The position numbers and the translations under genes were made by a program. DNA of 49,462 nt from Planctomycetota bacterium. Lineage in GTDB: Bacteria > Planctomycetota > UBA8108 > JACQVS01. The notes beneath the pieces were generated by a model that did not search any database, was not told the origin of the DNA, and worked only from the letters and a program-made list of their open reading frames with translations. This document shows positions 9,297-18,582 of this stretch, one piece after another (position 1 is the first letter of the stretch; each line of letters begins with the position of its first letter). The stretch spans positions 1 through 49,462 of the forward strand of contig JACQVS010000003.1 in assembly GCA_016209605.1 (NCBI GenBank), written 5' to 3'.

Positions 9297-10709
9297 TCAA
9301 GTTGGCCTTTTCTCCGGCTTGAGCCGGGGCGGCTCATCCGGTTTCTCCGTCCGGGGCGCGGCCGGCCTTGGCTCCGGCGGCTTCTCCGGCTTCAGCTCGC
9401 CGGCGGTTTTCAAGTTTCCCAGGAAGTCGGGCAGCTCCACGCCGGCCATGCGGGCGACGTCGTGAAGCGGCGGCAGGGTCTTCGCCATGCTGCTCAGGAA
9501 GTTGGCGGTCGAGGAGCCCTTGTCGCTGTTGCCGCTGTCCCAGACCGTGACCTTTTCGATCTTGATGTTGCGGATCATCTCGGTTTGCAGGCGCACCAGG
9601 TTCTCGAGCTTTTCGATGAGGAGGAGGGTGGCCGCATCGCGGGCGTTGTCGCCGGCGGAAGCGACCAGAGCCTGGTAGCCTTCGGCCTTGGCCTTCAGCA
9701 CCTTCTGGAAACCCTCGGCTTCGGCGGTCCGCACCGAGACGATGGCGTCGGCCTCGCCGCGCGCCGTCTTTCTCCGCTTCTCCGCTTCGGCCTCGGCGTC
9801 GATCTCGACCTTGCGCTTCTCGATCTCGCGCGGCACCACCTGCTCGGCCTCGAGGCGGCGGGTCTCCGCCTGCGCCTTGGCCTTCTGGATCTCGGCCAGG
9901 GCAAGCTGGCTGGCCACCTCGCCGCGCTGGCGGGCGTTGGCCTCCTTCTCGGCCAGGTCGGCGTTGTAGCTGGCGATCTTGGCCTTGGCGGAGTTTTCGC
10001 CCTCCACGGCCTCAGCGTTAAATTGGGCCACCTGGATGCGCCGCTCCTTCTGAGCCGAGGACTCGCCAATGGCTCCCTTTTTCTCCTGCTCGGCGACGTC
10101 GACCTTCGCCTGGTTGATGGCGGTGGAGGAGGCCTTCTTGCCGATGCTTTCAATGTAGCCGGACTCGTCGGTGATGTCGGTGATGTTGACGTTGATGAGG
10201 GTGAGGCCGATCTTCTGCAGCTCGGAGTCGATGTTTTTGCGGATGGCCTCGAGGAACTTCTCGCGGTCCTGGTTGATCTGCTCGATGGTGAGGGAGGCCA
10301 CCGTCAAGCGCAGCTGCCCGAAGATGATCTCCGTGGCCATCGACTCGATCTCGTTTCGCCGTAAACCCAGGAGGCGGATGGCGGCGTTGTTCATGGCTTC
10401 CGGGGCGGTGTCGATGGCGATGGTGAAGGTGCTGGGCACGTTGATGCGGATGTTTTGCATGGACAGCGCCCCCTTGAGGGGGATGTTGATGGTCATGGGG
10501 GTGAGGTCCAGGTAGCGGTAGTCCTGGATGAGCGGCCAGACGAAGGTGCCGCCGCCGTGGTAGCACTTCACCGATTTCCGCGCCTCGACCCGGCCGAAGA
10601 CGGCGAGGATCTGGTTGGAGGGGCAGCGCCGGTACCGGCTGGCCAGGAAGACGATCAAGACGAAGATGAAGAGGGTGAACAGCCCTAGGGCAATCGGGAG
10701 GTAATCCAT
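9297..10709 (-). CDS. Flotillin-like SPFH/band-7 protein (YqiK/FloA type).
   Basis: N-terminal TM helix, SPFH core, long E/A/K/R-rich coiled-coil (AEAEKRRKTARGEADAI), Pro-rich C-terminus. Lies immediately downstream of nfeD. Confidence 0.85.
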   Translation of the reverse strand: MDYLPIALGLFTLFIFVLIVFLASRYRRCPSNQILAVFGRVEARKSVKCYHGGGTFVWPLIQDYRYLDLTPMTINIPLKGALSMQNIRINVPSTFTIAIDTAPEAMNNAAIRLLGLRRNEIESMATEIIFGQLRLTVASLTIEQINQDREKFLEAIRKNIDSELQKIGLTLINVNITDITDESGYIESIGKKASSTAINQAKVDVAEQEKKGAIGESSAQKERRIQVAQFNAEAVEGENSAKAKIASYNADLAEKEANARQRGEVASQLALAEIQKAKAQAETRRLEAEQVVPREIEKRKVEIDAEAEAEKRRKTARGEADAIVSVRTAEAEGFQKVLKAKAEGYQALVASAGDNARDAATLLLIEKLENLVRLQTEMIRNIKIEKVTVWDSGNSDKGSSTANFLSSMAKTLPPLHDVARMAGVELPDFLGNLKTAGELKPEKPPEPRPAAPRTEKPDEPPRLKPEKRPT

Positions 10710-10743
10710 GACCTTGTCCTCGAATTGAGTTTAAGAAAATCCT

Positions 10744-11376
10744 TCAAGCGCTTCTCGCCCACTTGCGCACCATGACCGTCATCGGGTCGACGACTTTGGT
10801 GATCTGGACCTCCTGAAAGGAGTCGATCTCCACCCCGCTCTCGGAGAGGGCGTCGACGAAGCGCGTCACGCCGTTGCAGATCACCTGCACCTTGCCGCGC
10901 CCCTGGGCCGGAATCTTCATGTAGACCGAGCCGACGCAGCCGACGGTCTTGTCAATGGTGTAGACGTCGCCGGGGCTGCTCAAGCGGTGCACGAACTTGA
11001 ACAGGGAGGCCGTCACCGCCATGGTCAGGAGCCCGGCCGCGAAGGCGATCAGGATGGATACGGTGGCGCCCAATTGGAACTGGCTGTAGGCGGTGAGACC
11101 GCCCCATCCGAACATCATCAGGAAGCCGGTGATGCTGTTGATGGAAACGAGCTTGAAGGCGGGGTCGGTGGCCTGAAGGTCGTGGGAGTGGTGGCCGTCG
11201 GCCCCCACGTCATGAACATCGTGCCCGCCGCCCAGGTCGGCAGGCCCCACGTCCGAATCGGCGCCGAAGCCGCCGACGATCATCACCATCACCCGGAGGG
11301 CGAAGAAGAGAGTGCCGGAAAGGGCGAACGCCCAGAACACCAGCTCTGTGCCACTGGCACCTTGAAGGAAAGACAT
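10744..11376 (-). CDS. NfeD-family membrane protein (YqiJ-like), partner of flotillin.
   Basis: Polytopic hydrophobic N-terminal half and a C-terminal OB-fold-like segment (GKVQVICNGVTRFVDALSESGVEIDSFQEVQITKV). A 34-nt gap separates it from the flotillin gene. Confidence 0.75.
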   Translation of the reverse strand: MSFLQGASGTELVFWAFALSGTLFFALRVMVMIVGGFGADSDVGPADLGGGHDVHDVGADGHHSHDLQATDPAFKLVSINSITGFLMMFGWGGLTAYSQFQLGATVSILIAFAAGLLTMAVTASLFKFVHRLSSPGDVYTIDKTVGCVGSVYMKIPAQGRGKVQVICNGVTRFVDALSESGVEIDSFQEVQITKVVDPMTVMVRKWARSA

Positions 11377-11481
11377 GCCGCCTCCAGTGATTTAGAGAAA
11401 TCGTTCTCGCCATTGTAGCAAAGGCCAATTGGATAAGAGATATTATTGAGATTTGCGGCACTTTTGCAATAGGGAACGCCG

Positions 11482-12693
11482 TTACCGGAGCCGCTCCTTG
11501 AGCAGGTTGTAGAAGGCCTCCTCGGCCTCGCGCAGGCGCTTGAGGCCGGCCTCGAGGTTGGCGATGAGTTTCTGGATCAGCTTCTGCGTTTCCTCATCGG
11601 TGTTTTTCGAGGCCGCCAGCGCCGACAGCTCTTGGACGCTGCGGTTGAGCGAGGAGGCGGCGAGGTTGTAGGCCCAGGCGGAGTCGTAGAGGTCGAACAC
11701 CTCCACCTCGCTCGCGGAGGGATTGTACAGCAGCTTCCACGGGCGGCGGCGGATCTCGGCGGTGAGGTTGGCGGCGTTGTTGGCGGTCTCGCGCAAGTCG
11801 TCGAGGATGCCGTTCAAGTTGCCGCGGTTGCGGGCGAGCAGGGTCTCCAGCTCCTTGGAGGCCTTCTCCATCTGCGCCAGGGAGCTTTCCAGGGTCTTCG
11901 CGGCCGGCTCGAGGCGCCGCAGCAGCACCTCCTTCACGTGGGCGCTCGACTCTGAGAGGTTGGCCACGGTCTGCTTGATGCCCTCGCGGTTTTCGCTGAG
12001 GATCCCCTCGATCTCGTCGGCGATCTTGTCGACCTTGTTCGAGAGCGGGCCGGCGGTCTTGCGCAGCGCCTCCGTCGTGCTGCGGATGTCCATGAGGATG
12101 TTGTCGATGTGCCCGGACTGCTTGATGCTGTCGACGAATTCGGCAATCTCCTGGGTCAACTGGTTGACCTTCTCCAGGGTCGCTTCAACCTTGGAGGCCG
12201 TCTCGATGACGTCGAAAGCGACCGAGCCCTGGAGGCGCACCGTTTTTCCGGCCTTGCACTCGGGAAGCTCGTGCATATAGCGCTTCTTCCCCTCGCGGAT
12301 AAGAACGCTCAGGTTGCCGGTGATGCTTTTATCGATGAGCACCGGCGAGTCCTCCCGCACCAGGGTGCAGAAACGTTCCGGCATGGCCACGGTGACCACC
12401 ACGCGGGCCGCCTTGGACGGCATCGCCTCGCCAGGGGCTTTCTTGGGATCGGGCGGGGGGGCCTCCAGCTCGATGATTTCCAGCTTGCGGACGACGCCGA
12501 CCTTCTGGCCCAGGTAGTAAACCGGATCCCCCTCCCGCAAACCCTGCACCTCGTTGAACACCACTTGAATCTCCCTGGTGCTTCTGAGCAGAGACTCGAA
12601 GGTCCCCATCAGGAAGAGGAGCAGGAACAGGAGGAAGGCGGCGAGCAGGAAAAAAACACCGGCCAGGATTTCATTGCGGCGCGTCTTCGCCAT
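11482..12693 (-). CDS. mlaD: MlaD / MCE-domain protein with a long C-terminal coiled-coil.
   Basis: N-terminal TM, then the MCE core (IQVVFNEVQGLREGDPVYYLGQKVGVVRKL). Gene order mlaE-mlaF-mlaD. Confidence 0.8.
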   Translation of the reverse strand: MAKTRRNEILAGVFFLLAAFLLFLLLFLMGTFESLLRSTREIQVVFNEVQGLREGDPVYYLGQKVGVVRKLEIIELEAPPPDPKKAPGEAMPSKAARVVVTVAMPERFCTLVREDSPVLIDKSITGNLSVLIREGKKRYMHELPECKAGKTVRLQGSVAFDVIETASKVEATLEKVNQLTQEIAEFVDSIKQSGHIDNILMDIRSTTEALRKTAGPLSNKVDKIADEIEGILSENREGIKQTVANLSESSAHVKEVLLRRLEPAAKTLESSLAQMEKASKELETLLARNRGNLNGILDDLRETANNAANLTAEIRRRPWKLLYNPSASEVEVFDLYDSAWAYNLAASSLNRSVQELSALAASKNTDEETQKLIQKLIANLEAGLKRLREAEEAFYNLLKERLR

Positions 12694-12705
12694 GGATACT
12701 CTCCA

Positions 12706-13572
12706 TCATTTTAAAGGTTTGAAGCTCAACAGGTCGGCTTCGTAATCAACTTTCGACAGGCGGAGCGGAATGGGGCCATCGGGTTCGCCTTGGACGAACT
12801 GCCGCACCAGGGGATTGCTGGTCTTCTTGATCTCCTCGGGAGTTCCCGAGGCCACCACGCGCCCCTCGTAGAGCATGACCATGCGGTCGGCGATGCGGAA
12901 GGCGCTCTCCATGTCGTGGGTGACCACCAGGGAAGTGATTCCAAGACTTATCTTGAGATCGTTGATGAGCTTGTCGATCACGCCGGCGACGATCGGATCC
13001 AGACCGGTGGTCGGCTCATCGTAAAAGACGATCTCCGGGTCCAGGGCGATGGCGCGCGCCAGCCCGACCCGCTTGCGCATGCCGCCGCTCAGCTGCGCTG
13101 GCATGAGCGACTCGAAGTCGCGCAAGCCGACCAGCTCGAGCTTGATCTTGACGATGATCTGGATGATGTCCTCGGCCAGGTTGGTATGCTCGCGCAGCGG
13201 CAGGGCGACGTTTTCGCCGACGGTCATGGAGTTGTAGAGCGCCCCCGACTGGAACAATATGCCGAAGCGCCGGCGGAGAGCCGACAGGCCGTCCTCATCG
13301 AGCTGGCTGAGGTCCTGGTCGAAAAGCTCCACTTTCCCATCATCGGGCTCGAGGACGCCGATCAAATGCCGCAGGACCGTCGACTTGCCGCAGCCGGATC
13401 CGCCCATGATGACCACGGTCTCCCCCTTGCGCACTTCCAGGTTGACGCCGTCGAGGACCAAGAGGTCGCCGAAGCTCTTGCGCAGCCCCTCGATGCGGAT
13501 CAGCACCCCATCGCTGGCGCGATGGCTGGCCGCCGGAGGGCCCGGTTGTCTTCCTGCTTCAAAAAGGGCCAT
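12706..13572 (-). CDS. mlaF: ABC transporter ATP-binding protein MlaF.
   Basis: Walker A GGSGCGKST, signature LSGGMRKRV, Walker B VFYDEPT. Adjacent to mlaE and mlaD. Confidence 0.85.
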   Translation of the reverse strand: MALFEAGRQPGPPAASHRASDGVLIRIEGLRKSFGDLLVLDGVNLEVRKGETVVIMGGSGCGKSTVLRHLIGVLEPDDGKVELFDQDLSQLDEDGLSALRRRFGILFQSGALYNSMTVGENVALPLREHTNLAEDIIQIIVKIKLELVGLRDFESLMPAQLSGGMRKRVGLARAIALDPEIVFYDEPTTGLDPIVAGVIDKLINDLKISLGITSLVVTHDMESAFRIADRMVMLYEGRVVASGTPEEIKKTSNPLVRQFVQGEPDGPIPLRLSKVDYEADLLSFKPLK

Positions 13573-13603
13573 GCGCGAATTTCCTCAATGAAATCAAAGG
13601 TCA

Positions 13604-14401
13604 TCACAAGAAATAATAGAAGATCGCCGTGAACACCAAATCGCTGACGATGATGGCGATGATGGAGCGGACGACGGCATTGGTGGTGGCGCGCCCGACC
13701 CCCTCGGCGCCCCCCGTGACCGAGAGCCCTTCAAAACAGGCGATGCAGGCGATCAGCACGCCAAAGATCTCCGCCTTGATGAGGCCGCTGATGAGATCCG
13801 TGTGGGTGAGCGCCTCGACGGTCCTCCGGAGGTACTCGATCCGGTCGAGGTCGAGGATCCACACCGCCACCACGAAGCCTCCGAAGATTCCCACGTAAAT
13901 GGCCACCATGGTCACCATGGGCATCATGATCATGGCGGCGAGGACGCGCGGAACCACCAAGAAGCGGATGGGATTCAAGGCGCTGGACTCGAGGGCGATC
14001 ACTTCCTCTGAAACCACCATGGTCCCGATCTCCGCGGCAATGGCGGCCCCCGCGTATCCGGTCATCACCATGCCGACGAGGAGGGGGCCCATCTCCCGCA
14101 CCATGGCGACGCCGATGATGTCGGCGACGTAGCCGACCACTCCCAGGGTCTTGAGAACATATGCCATCTGGAACGCCAGGATCATGCCGACGAAGAAGAT
14201 GACCAGGGAGACGATGCCGAAGGAGCGGATGCTGATCCGGGTCATTTGATGAAAGGTCTCCTCCCGCCGGATCCTCCCCTTCCCCAACAGCGGCCCGGCA
14301 CCGATCCACCAGAGGCCGTCGCAAAACAGATAGGATAGCCCGCCTAGGTAACGGAGCAAGGAGAAGAACCAGTTGCCGACGGCGGCCAGAACGCTGGTCA
14401 T
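13604..14401 (-). CDS. mlaE: ABC transporter permease MlaE.
   Basis: Polytopic membrane protein with MlaE-like topology. Its start codon overlaps the STAS gene stop (ATGA). Confidence 0.85.
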   Translation of the reverse strand: MTSVLAAVGNWFFSLLRYLGGLSYLFCDGLWWIGAGPLLGKGRIRREETFHQMTRISIRSFGIVSLVIFFVGMILAFQMAYVLKTLGVVGYVADIIGVAMVREMGPLLVGMVMTGYAGAAIAAEIGTMVVSEEVIALESSALNPIRFLVVPRVLAAMIMMPMVTMVAIYVGIFGGFVVAVWILDLDRIEYLRRTVEALTHTDLISGLIKAEIFGVLIACIACFEGLSVTGGAEGVGRATTNAVVRSIIAIIVSDLVFTAIFYYFL

Positions 14402-14757
14402 GAAGTCTTTTCGCTCGCTTTGTCGCTGGCCGTCTTTTCGGCGGTTTTTTCGATGCCGAAGATTTTTGCCAGCTGAGTGATTTCGAAGGTGTAGCGGACC
14501 GGCTGGGTTGGATTTTCCACTCGCAGGATCGAATTGGTCCCCTTCAGCCGCCGCACGGCTTCGACCAGGGTGGCAACCCCGGAAGAGTCGATGAAGGGGA
14601 CGTTTTTGAGATCGACGACGATCTCCTGCGGTTTCTCGGAGATCAGCTGATGGAGGAGGTTGCGCAGGCCGGGCGCCACGTACATGTCGATCTCGCCTTC
14701 CAGGAGCAGGCGGACCTTCTGGCCCTGGCGCTCGAGGCGATGCTTGATGTCCGTCAT
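14398..14757 (-). CDS. STAS-domain protein (anti-sigma-factor antagonist / MlaB-like).
   Basis: 119-aa STAS fold pattern (VVDLKNVPFIDSSGVATLVEAVRRLK). ATGA overlaps with the kinase gene upstream and mlaE downstream. Confidence 0.8.
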   Translation of the reverse strand: MTDIKHRLERQGQKVRLLLEGEIDMYVAPGLRNLLHQLISEKPQEIVVDLKNVPFIDSSGVATLVEAVRRLKGTNSILRVENPTQPVRYTFEITQLAKIFGIEKTAEKTASDKASEKTS

Positions 14758-15263
14758 GACACCCCTCCTTTCTCCTGGCAGGCCGGCTTCTCAGGGGCGC
14801 CGTCAGGCACCGCCTCCTCGCGAAGCTTGGTCAGGAGCAAGCGGTTGCCGCCGCTTCGAATCAGCTTGTACTCGACCTGGTCCATGCAGGTTTTCATGAT
14901 GTGTACTCCTAATCCTCCTGGATGGATGGAGCCCTTGAGGCTGGCCATGGAAAACTTCTCCTTGGGTATGGGGTCGCCCCAGTCCAGAAATTCGATTTCG
15001 ATGCCGAGAGGCGTTTCGCGGCAGAAAAGCACCACCCTCTGGTTGGGGTCGCCCTTGTAGGCGTGGCGGATGATGTTGGTGGCCGCTTCGACCGCGGCCA
15101 GGGTGACCTGATTCGCGGTCTCCTCGTTGAAGGCGGCTTTCTGGCAAAAGCTGCGCACGGTGGCGCGCAGCACGCCAAGGTACTCCGGCATGCTCGGGAA
15201 GGACAGCTCCACCGTTTTGGTGATTTCGCCGGCTTGAGGTGGTACCGATGCAGAGGGATTCAT
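14754..15263 (-). CDS. RsbW/SpoIIAB-like anti-sigma factor serine kinase (GHKL ATPase).
   Basis: HATPase_c motifs (N-box AVEAATNIIRHAY; G-boxes DWGDPIP and GGLGVHIMK). ATGA coupling to the STAS gene. Confidence 0.75.
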   Translation of the reverse strand: MNPSASVPPQAGEITKTVELSFPSMPEYLGVLRATVRSFCQKAAFNEETANQVTLAAVEAATNIIRHAYKGDPNQRVVLFCRETPLGIEIEFLDWGDPIPKEKFSMASLKGSIHPGGLGVHIMKTCMDQVEYKLIRSGGNRLLLTKLREEAVPDGAPEKPACQEKGGVS

Positions 15264-15862
15264 GGTGCGGCAGCCTCCTTGTGATCAGCCTCGTTTTCTG
15301 GATTGTTGCCAGCGCGTTTTCCGGTTTTCTGGCTGAGGGGGTCCTTTTCGGCGCTGGGCACGGCGCCGCTTCCCTCTCGAGGGGGGAGCCGGGCTTTCTG
15401 AGCGGAGCCGCCCTCGACTTCGGAGGACTGAAGATGCTCGGCGGGCTCCCCGGCCCCTTTCAAGTGACGGCTCCGCTGCTTCTCCAACCAATCCTGATAC
15501 CTGGAAATGGCCTCTTCCTGCTCCTGGGTGGTGCCATAGGCCTTGTAGTTGAAATCCTGGCCGCTCAGCTTGCGAATGGCGGCGCCGGTGAAGAGGCGCA
15601 CCTCGCCGTTGGGATGGCGGAGGTTCTTCAAGAGCTGAGGGAAGAGGTCCAGGCGTTTCTCCTCGGCCGCCTCGACGGCGGCGTTGCTCCGCACGATCGG
15701 ATCGCGGTGGTTCAAGTCCAGGCTCAAATCGCCGGTGGGGGGCTCGTAAGTCGACCGGCAGGAGCCCAGGATCAGGCACACGCAGACGCCCGGAAGGAAG
15801 CGCCGGCCGGCCCCGGGAGCAACGCTGAGTTCCATCATGATTCCCCAGTTCAAAGCCTCCAC
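15260..15862 (-). CDS. Hypothetical lipoprotein with HEAT-like helical repeats; first gene of the Mla/partner-switching operon.
   Basis: Lipobox-like LILGSC after a hydrophobic stretch. ATGA overlap with the downstream kinase gene. Start uncertain (15862 or about 15835). Confidence 0.5.
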   Translation of the reverse strand: MEALNWGIMMELSVAPGAGRRFLPGVCVCLILGSCRSTYEPPTGDLSLDLNHRDPIVRSNAAVEAAEEKRLDLFPQLLKNLRHPNGEVRLFTGAAIRKLSGQDFNYKAYGTTQEQEEAISRYQDWLEKQRSRHLKGAGEPAEHLQSSEVEGGSAQKARLPPREGSGAVPSAEKDPLSQKTGKRAGNNPENEADHKEAAAP

Positions 15863-15984
15863 ATGCTATTGAGAATATTGTAATGAGTCAATTGAGCAGC
15901 TGGTAAGTTTTTTATCGACAGTGTTTTAATGCACCTTCAGGTAATGGTATATTTATTTCCGGCTTTTTCCGATAAAGAAGCACC

Positions 15985-16866
15985 ATGAGAAGGCTCCTCC
16001 TCTCCATCCTCTGGTTGACCGGCCTCTGGTTAACTGGCTGTTCCTCGTGGCTTTCCCCCGCCCCGAAGCCTTCGGGCCTCCTCGACACCCCCCTGGGACC
16101 GGTCCTGGAGCCGCTCTGGCGGGCCCACGGCGGGCTGGAGGCCTGGCGGCGCTATGGGCGGGTGCGCTTTCAATTCGCCGTGTCGGGGGCCCCCGTGGCC
16201 GGGCTGGAGCAGTCCCGGGAGATGGCCTTTCCCCTGGGCGCCTGGGACGAGCTGAAACTGGGGAAGAAGGGGGAGGAAAGATCCTTCGATCTGCGCGGCT
16301 GGTCCGCTGGCGAGGGGGAGGACGAGGATAGCGCCAAGCCTTCCGATCACAGCCGCGAGGGCGGCATGGACTACTTCCTCCGCAGCGCCCGCTTCTTCTT
16401 CCACCTGCCGTTCTTTCTCTCTCTGCCCGGCTGGGAGTTCCGGCAAGACCTCTTCCGGGGCGCGGGGGAGAGGGAGGAAGCCTGCGGCTTCTGGGCCATT
16501 CCGGCGGCGCTTCCCGCTCCCCACGCCGGCTACTATATCGTGACCAACCCTGAAACGGGACTCTTGAAGTCGGTGACCTACCAGGTGACCCACCCGCGCT
16601 TCCAGGGCAAGCTGTTCGAGGCCCGGTTTCAGCGCTACGAGAAGATCGGCGGCATTCAGGTGGCGACCGAAATCCGGCACCGCGCGGTACGGCCGGCCCC
16701 GCCTCGATTCGAGCCGCCGCCGGTCCGCCCCTTCGACCCTTTCCTCAGCGACCAGGAGAGGGCGGAGCTGGCCCTCCAAAGCGACGACTGGATCCTGCGG
16801 TTCGAGGCCATCCAGCTCATCCCGCTGGAAGAGATCACACCCCATGAGGACGATGGAAAGCGCTGA
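15985..16866 (+). CDS. Hypothetical lipoprotein.
   Basis: MRRLLLSILWLTGLWLTGCSS is a classic lipoprotein signal peptide. No recognisable catalytic motif. Confidence 0.5.
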   Translation: MRRLLLSILWLTGLWLTGCSSWLSPAPKPSGLLDTPLGPVLEPLWRAHGGLEAWRRYGRVRFQFAVSGAPVAGLEQSREMAFPLGAWDELKLGKKGEERSFDLRGWSAGEGEDEDSAKPSDHSREGGMDYFLRSARFFFHLPFFLSLPGWEFRQDLFRGAGEREEACGFWAIPAALPAPHAGYYIVTNPETGLLKSVTYQVTHPRFQGKLFEARFQRYEKIGGIQVATEIRHRAVRPAPPRFEPPPVRPFDPFLSDQERAELALQSDDWILRFEAIQLIPLEEITPHEDDGKR

Positions 16867-17455
16867 CGGCAAGGAGACGCGGGCCCGCACGCGGCTCCGG
16901 AATCTGCTCCGCCTGCTTTGGGGGATCGCCTTTTTTCTGGCGGCGCTCCTCCTGCTCCGCCTCTTCATCGTGGCCCCTTACCGCATCTCCACGGGCTCGA
17001 TGGAGCCGGCGCTGCAGGGGGACCATCCGGAGCTTGGCCTCGAGGGGGACATGGTGCTGGTGCTCAAGGCGGCCTATTTCTTCTCCCGGCCGCGGCGCTG
17101 GGATCTGGTGGCCTTCACGCTCCCCGGCCGCGGGCAGGGAGATGGCCAGGAAGCCGGCTCTGGGATCCATCTGGTTAAGCGCGTGGTCGGCTTGCCTGGA
17201 GAGAAAGTGGAAATCCGGAGCCGCCAGCTCTTCATCGATGACCAGCCCATGGCTTTCCGGGACCTTTCTTACATTGGCAAGGATCCTTACGGAAACAAGG
17301 CGGTGGTACTGGGCGAGAACGAGTACTTCGTCCTGGGTGACAACTCCTACCTCTCGGAAGACAGCCGGCAGTGGGGCCCGCTGCCGGGGAAGAACATCTT
17401 CGGCCGGGTGATTTTCATCCTGCGCCCGTGGTCGAGGGCGGGCTGGATCGAATAA
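16844..17455 (+). CDS. lepB: Signal peptidase I (LepB, S26 family).
   Basis: Catalytic Ser box GSMEPAL, Lys box VKRVVGLPGE, and box E GDNSYLSEDSRQWGPLP. Confidence 0.85.
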   Translation: MRTMESADGKETRARTRLRNLLRLLWGIAFFLAALLLLRLFIVAPYRISTGSMEPALQGDHPELGLEGDMVLVLKAAYFFSRPRRWDLVAFTLPGRGQGDGQEAGSGIHLVKRVVGLPGEKVEIRSRQLFIDDQPMAFRDLSYIGKDPYGNKAVVLGENEYFVLGDNSYLSEDSRQWGPLPGKNIFGRVIFILRPWSRAGWIE

Positions 17456-17477
17456 GCCGTTCCCTCCGTGATTCTCG

Positions 17478-17505
17478 TTGCCTTTTCATGCTGCGCCGTT
17501 ATGTT
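17478..17505 (+). promoter_or_regulatory. Candidate sigma70-type promoter TTGCCT-N16-TATGTT upstream of the aminotransferase gene.
   Basis: Hexamers spotted by eye in a 146-nt intergenic region. Confidence 0.3.
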
Positions 17506-17601
17506 ATTTTCCTGAGCGTGACGCGCGAGCCGCGGTTCACGGCCGAGAGGCCACAAAGTATCATCGTTTTCCAGGCGAGGAGTGCCTGGGCCATTTAGCT
17601 C

Positions 17602-18570
17602 ATGGGAAAGAAGAGAAGAATGAAGCGAGCCTCAAAAAGCGTAGAATCAATCTTGGTTGCCGATCCATACCGCTCCGCGGCGGACCCCAAAATCCTCATC
17701 AATATCAACGGCGAGGTCCTGCCTGCCCAGGAAGCCTTCGTTCCGGCCATGGACCACGGCTTCCTCTACGGCGATTCCGTTTACGAGACGCTGCGCACTT
17801 ACCATGGCCGGCCTTTCCTCCTCGACCGCCATCTCGATCGGCTGGAGCGGTCGATGGAGAAGATCGGCCTGGCGGCGCCGTGCCCGCGCCGGGAGCTGGG
17901 CGAGGAGGTCCAGCGCACCGTGGAGGCGCACTGGGAGACCTACGGGAAGATTCCCGACCTGGCCGTCCGCCTGGTGGTCTCGAGAGGAGAAGGGCACTTC
18001 GGGCTCGACATCGCCCTCTGCCCCAATCCGCATCTCCTGATTTATTGCTATCCCGTGCCTGTCCTGGCCGAGCGGTGCTACCAGGAAGGCATCGCTCTGG
18101 TCATTTCCGAGACCCGCCGCAACCATCCGCGGGCGCTCGACCCGATGGTCAAGTCGGGCAATTTTCTGAACAACATCCTCGCCTACCGCGACGCCAAGAA
18201 GGCCGGCGCCCACGAGGCCATCCTGCTCACGGCGGACGGTTTCGTGGCGGAAGGCACCACCAGCAACCTCTTCATGGTGAAGGGCGGAACCGTCTTGACT
18301 CCGGAAGCGGTCGGCATCCTGGACGGCATCACTCGCGCCATGGTGCTCGAAGAGGCCGCCGCCGCGGGAATTCCGGCCGAGGAGGCCGCCATCGCGGTGG
18401 AGGCCCTGCTCGCCGCCGACGAGGCCTTCATCACCAGCTCGCTGCGCGGCCTCGTGCCGGCGGCGAGGATCCACGGCCTGCCGGTGGGCGATGGCCGCCC
18501 CGGGAAAATCACCAGGCGCCTCATGCAGCTCTACGAGGCGCTGGTGGAGAGAGAGTGCGGCAAGGGATAA
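17602..18570 (+). CDS. Class IV aminotransferase (branched-chain amino acid or D-amino-acid aminotransferase / ADC lyase fold).
   Basis: DHGFLYGDSVYETLRTYHGRPFLLDRHLDRL is typical of fold-type IV PLP enzymes. Confidence 0.85.
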   Translation: MGKKRRMKRASKSVESILVADPYRSAADPKILININGEVLPAQEAFVPAMDHGFLYGDSVYETLRTYHGRPFLLDRHLDRLERSMEKIGLAAPCPRRELGEEVQRTVEAHWETYGKIPDLAVRLVVSRGEGHFGLDIALCPNPHLLIYCYPVPVLAERCYQEGIALVISETRRNHPRALDPMVKSGNFLNNILAYRDAKKAGAHEAILLTADGFVAEGTTSNLFMVKGGTVLTPEAVGILDGITRAMVLEEAAAAGIPAEEAAIAVEALLAADEAFITSSLRGLVPAARIHGLPVGDGRPGKITRRLMQLYEALVERECGKG

Positions 18571-18582
18571 ACCGGAATAACC

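Noticed and set aside
9462-10364. 300-aa plus-strand ORF antisense to flotillin.
   Set aside because: Leu/Gly/Ala/Asp-rich repetitive translation mirroring the flotillin coiled-coil; a shadow ORF.
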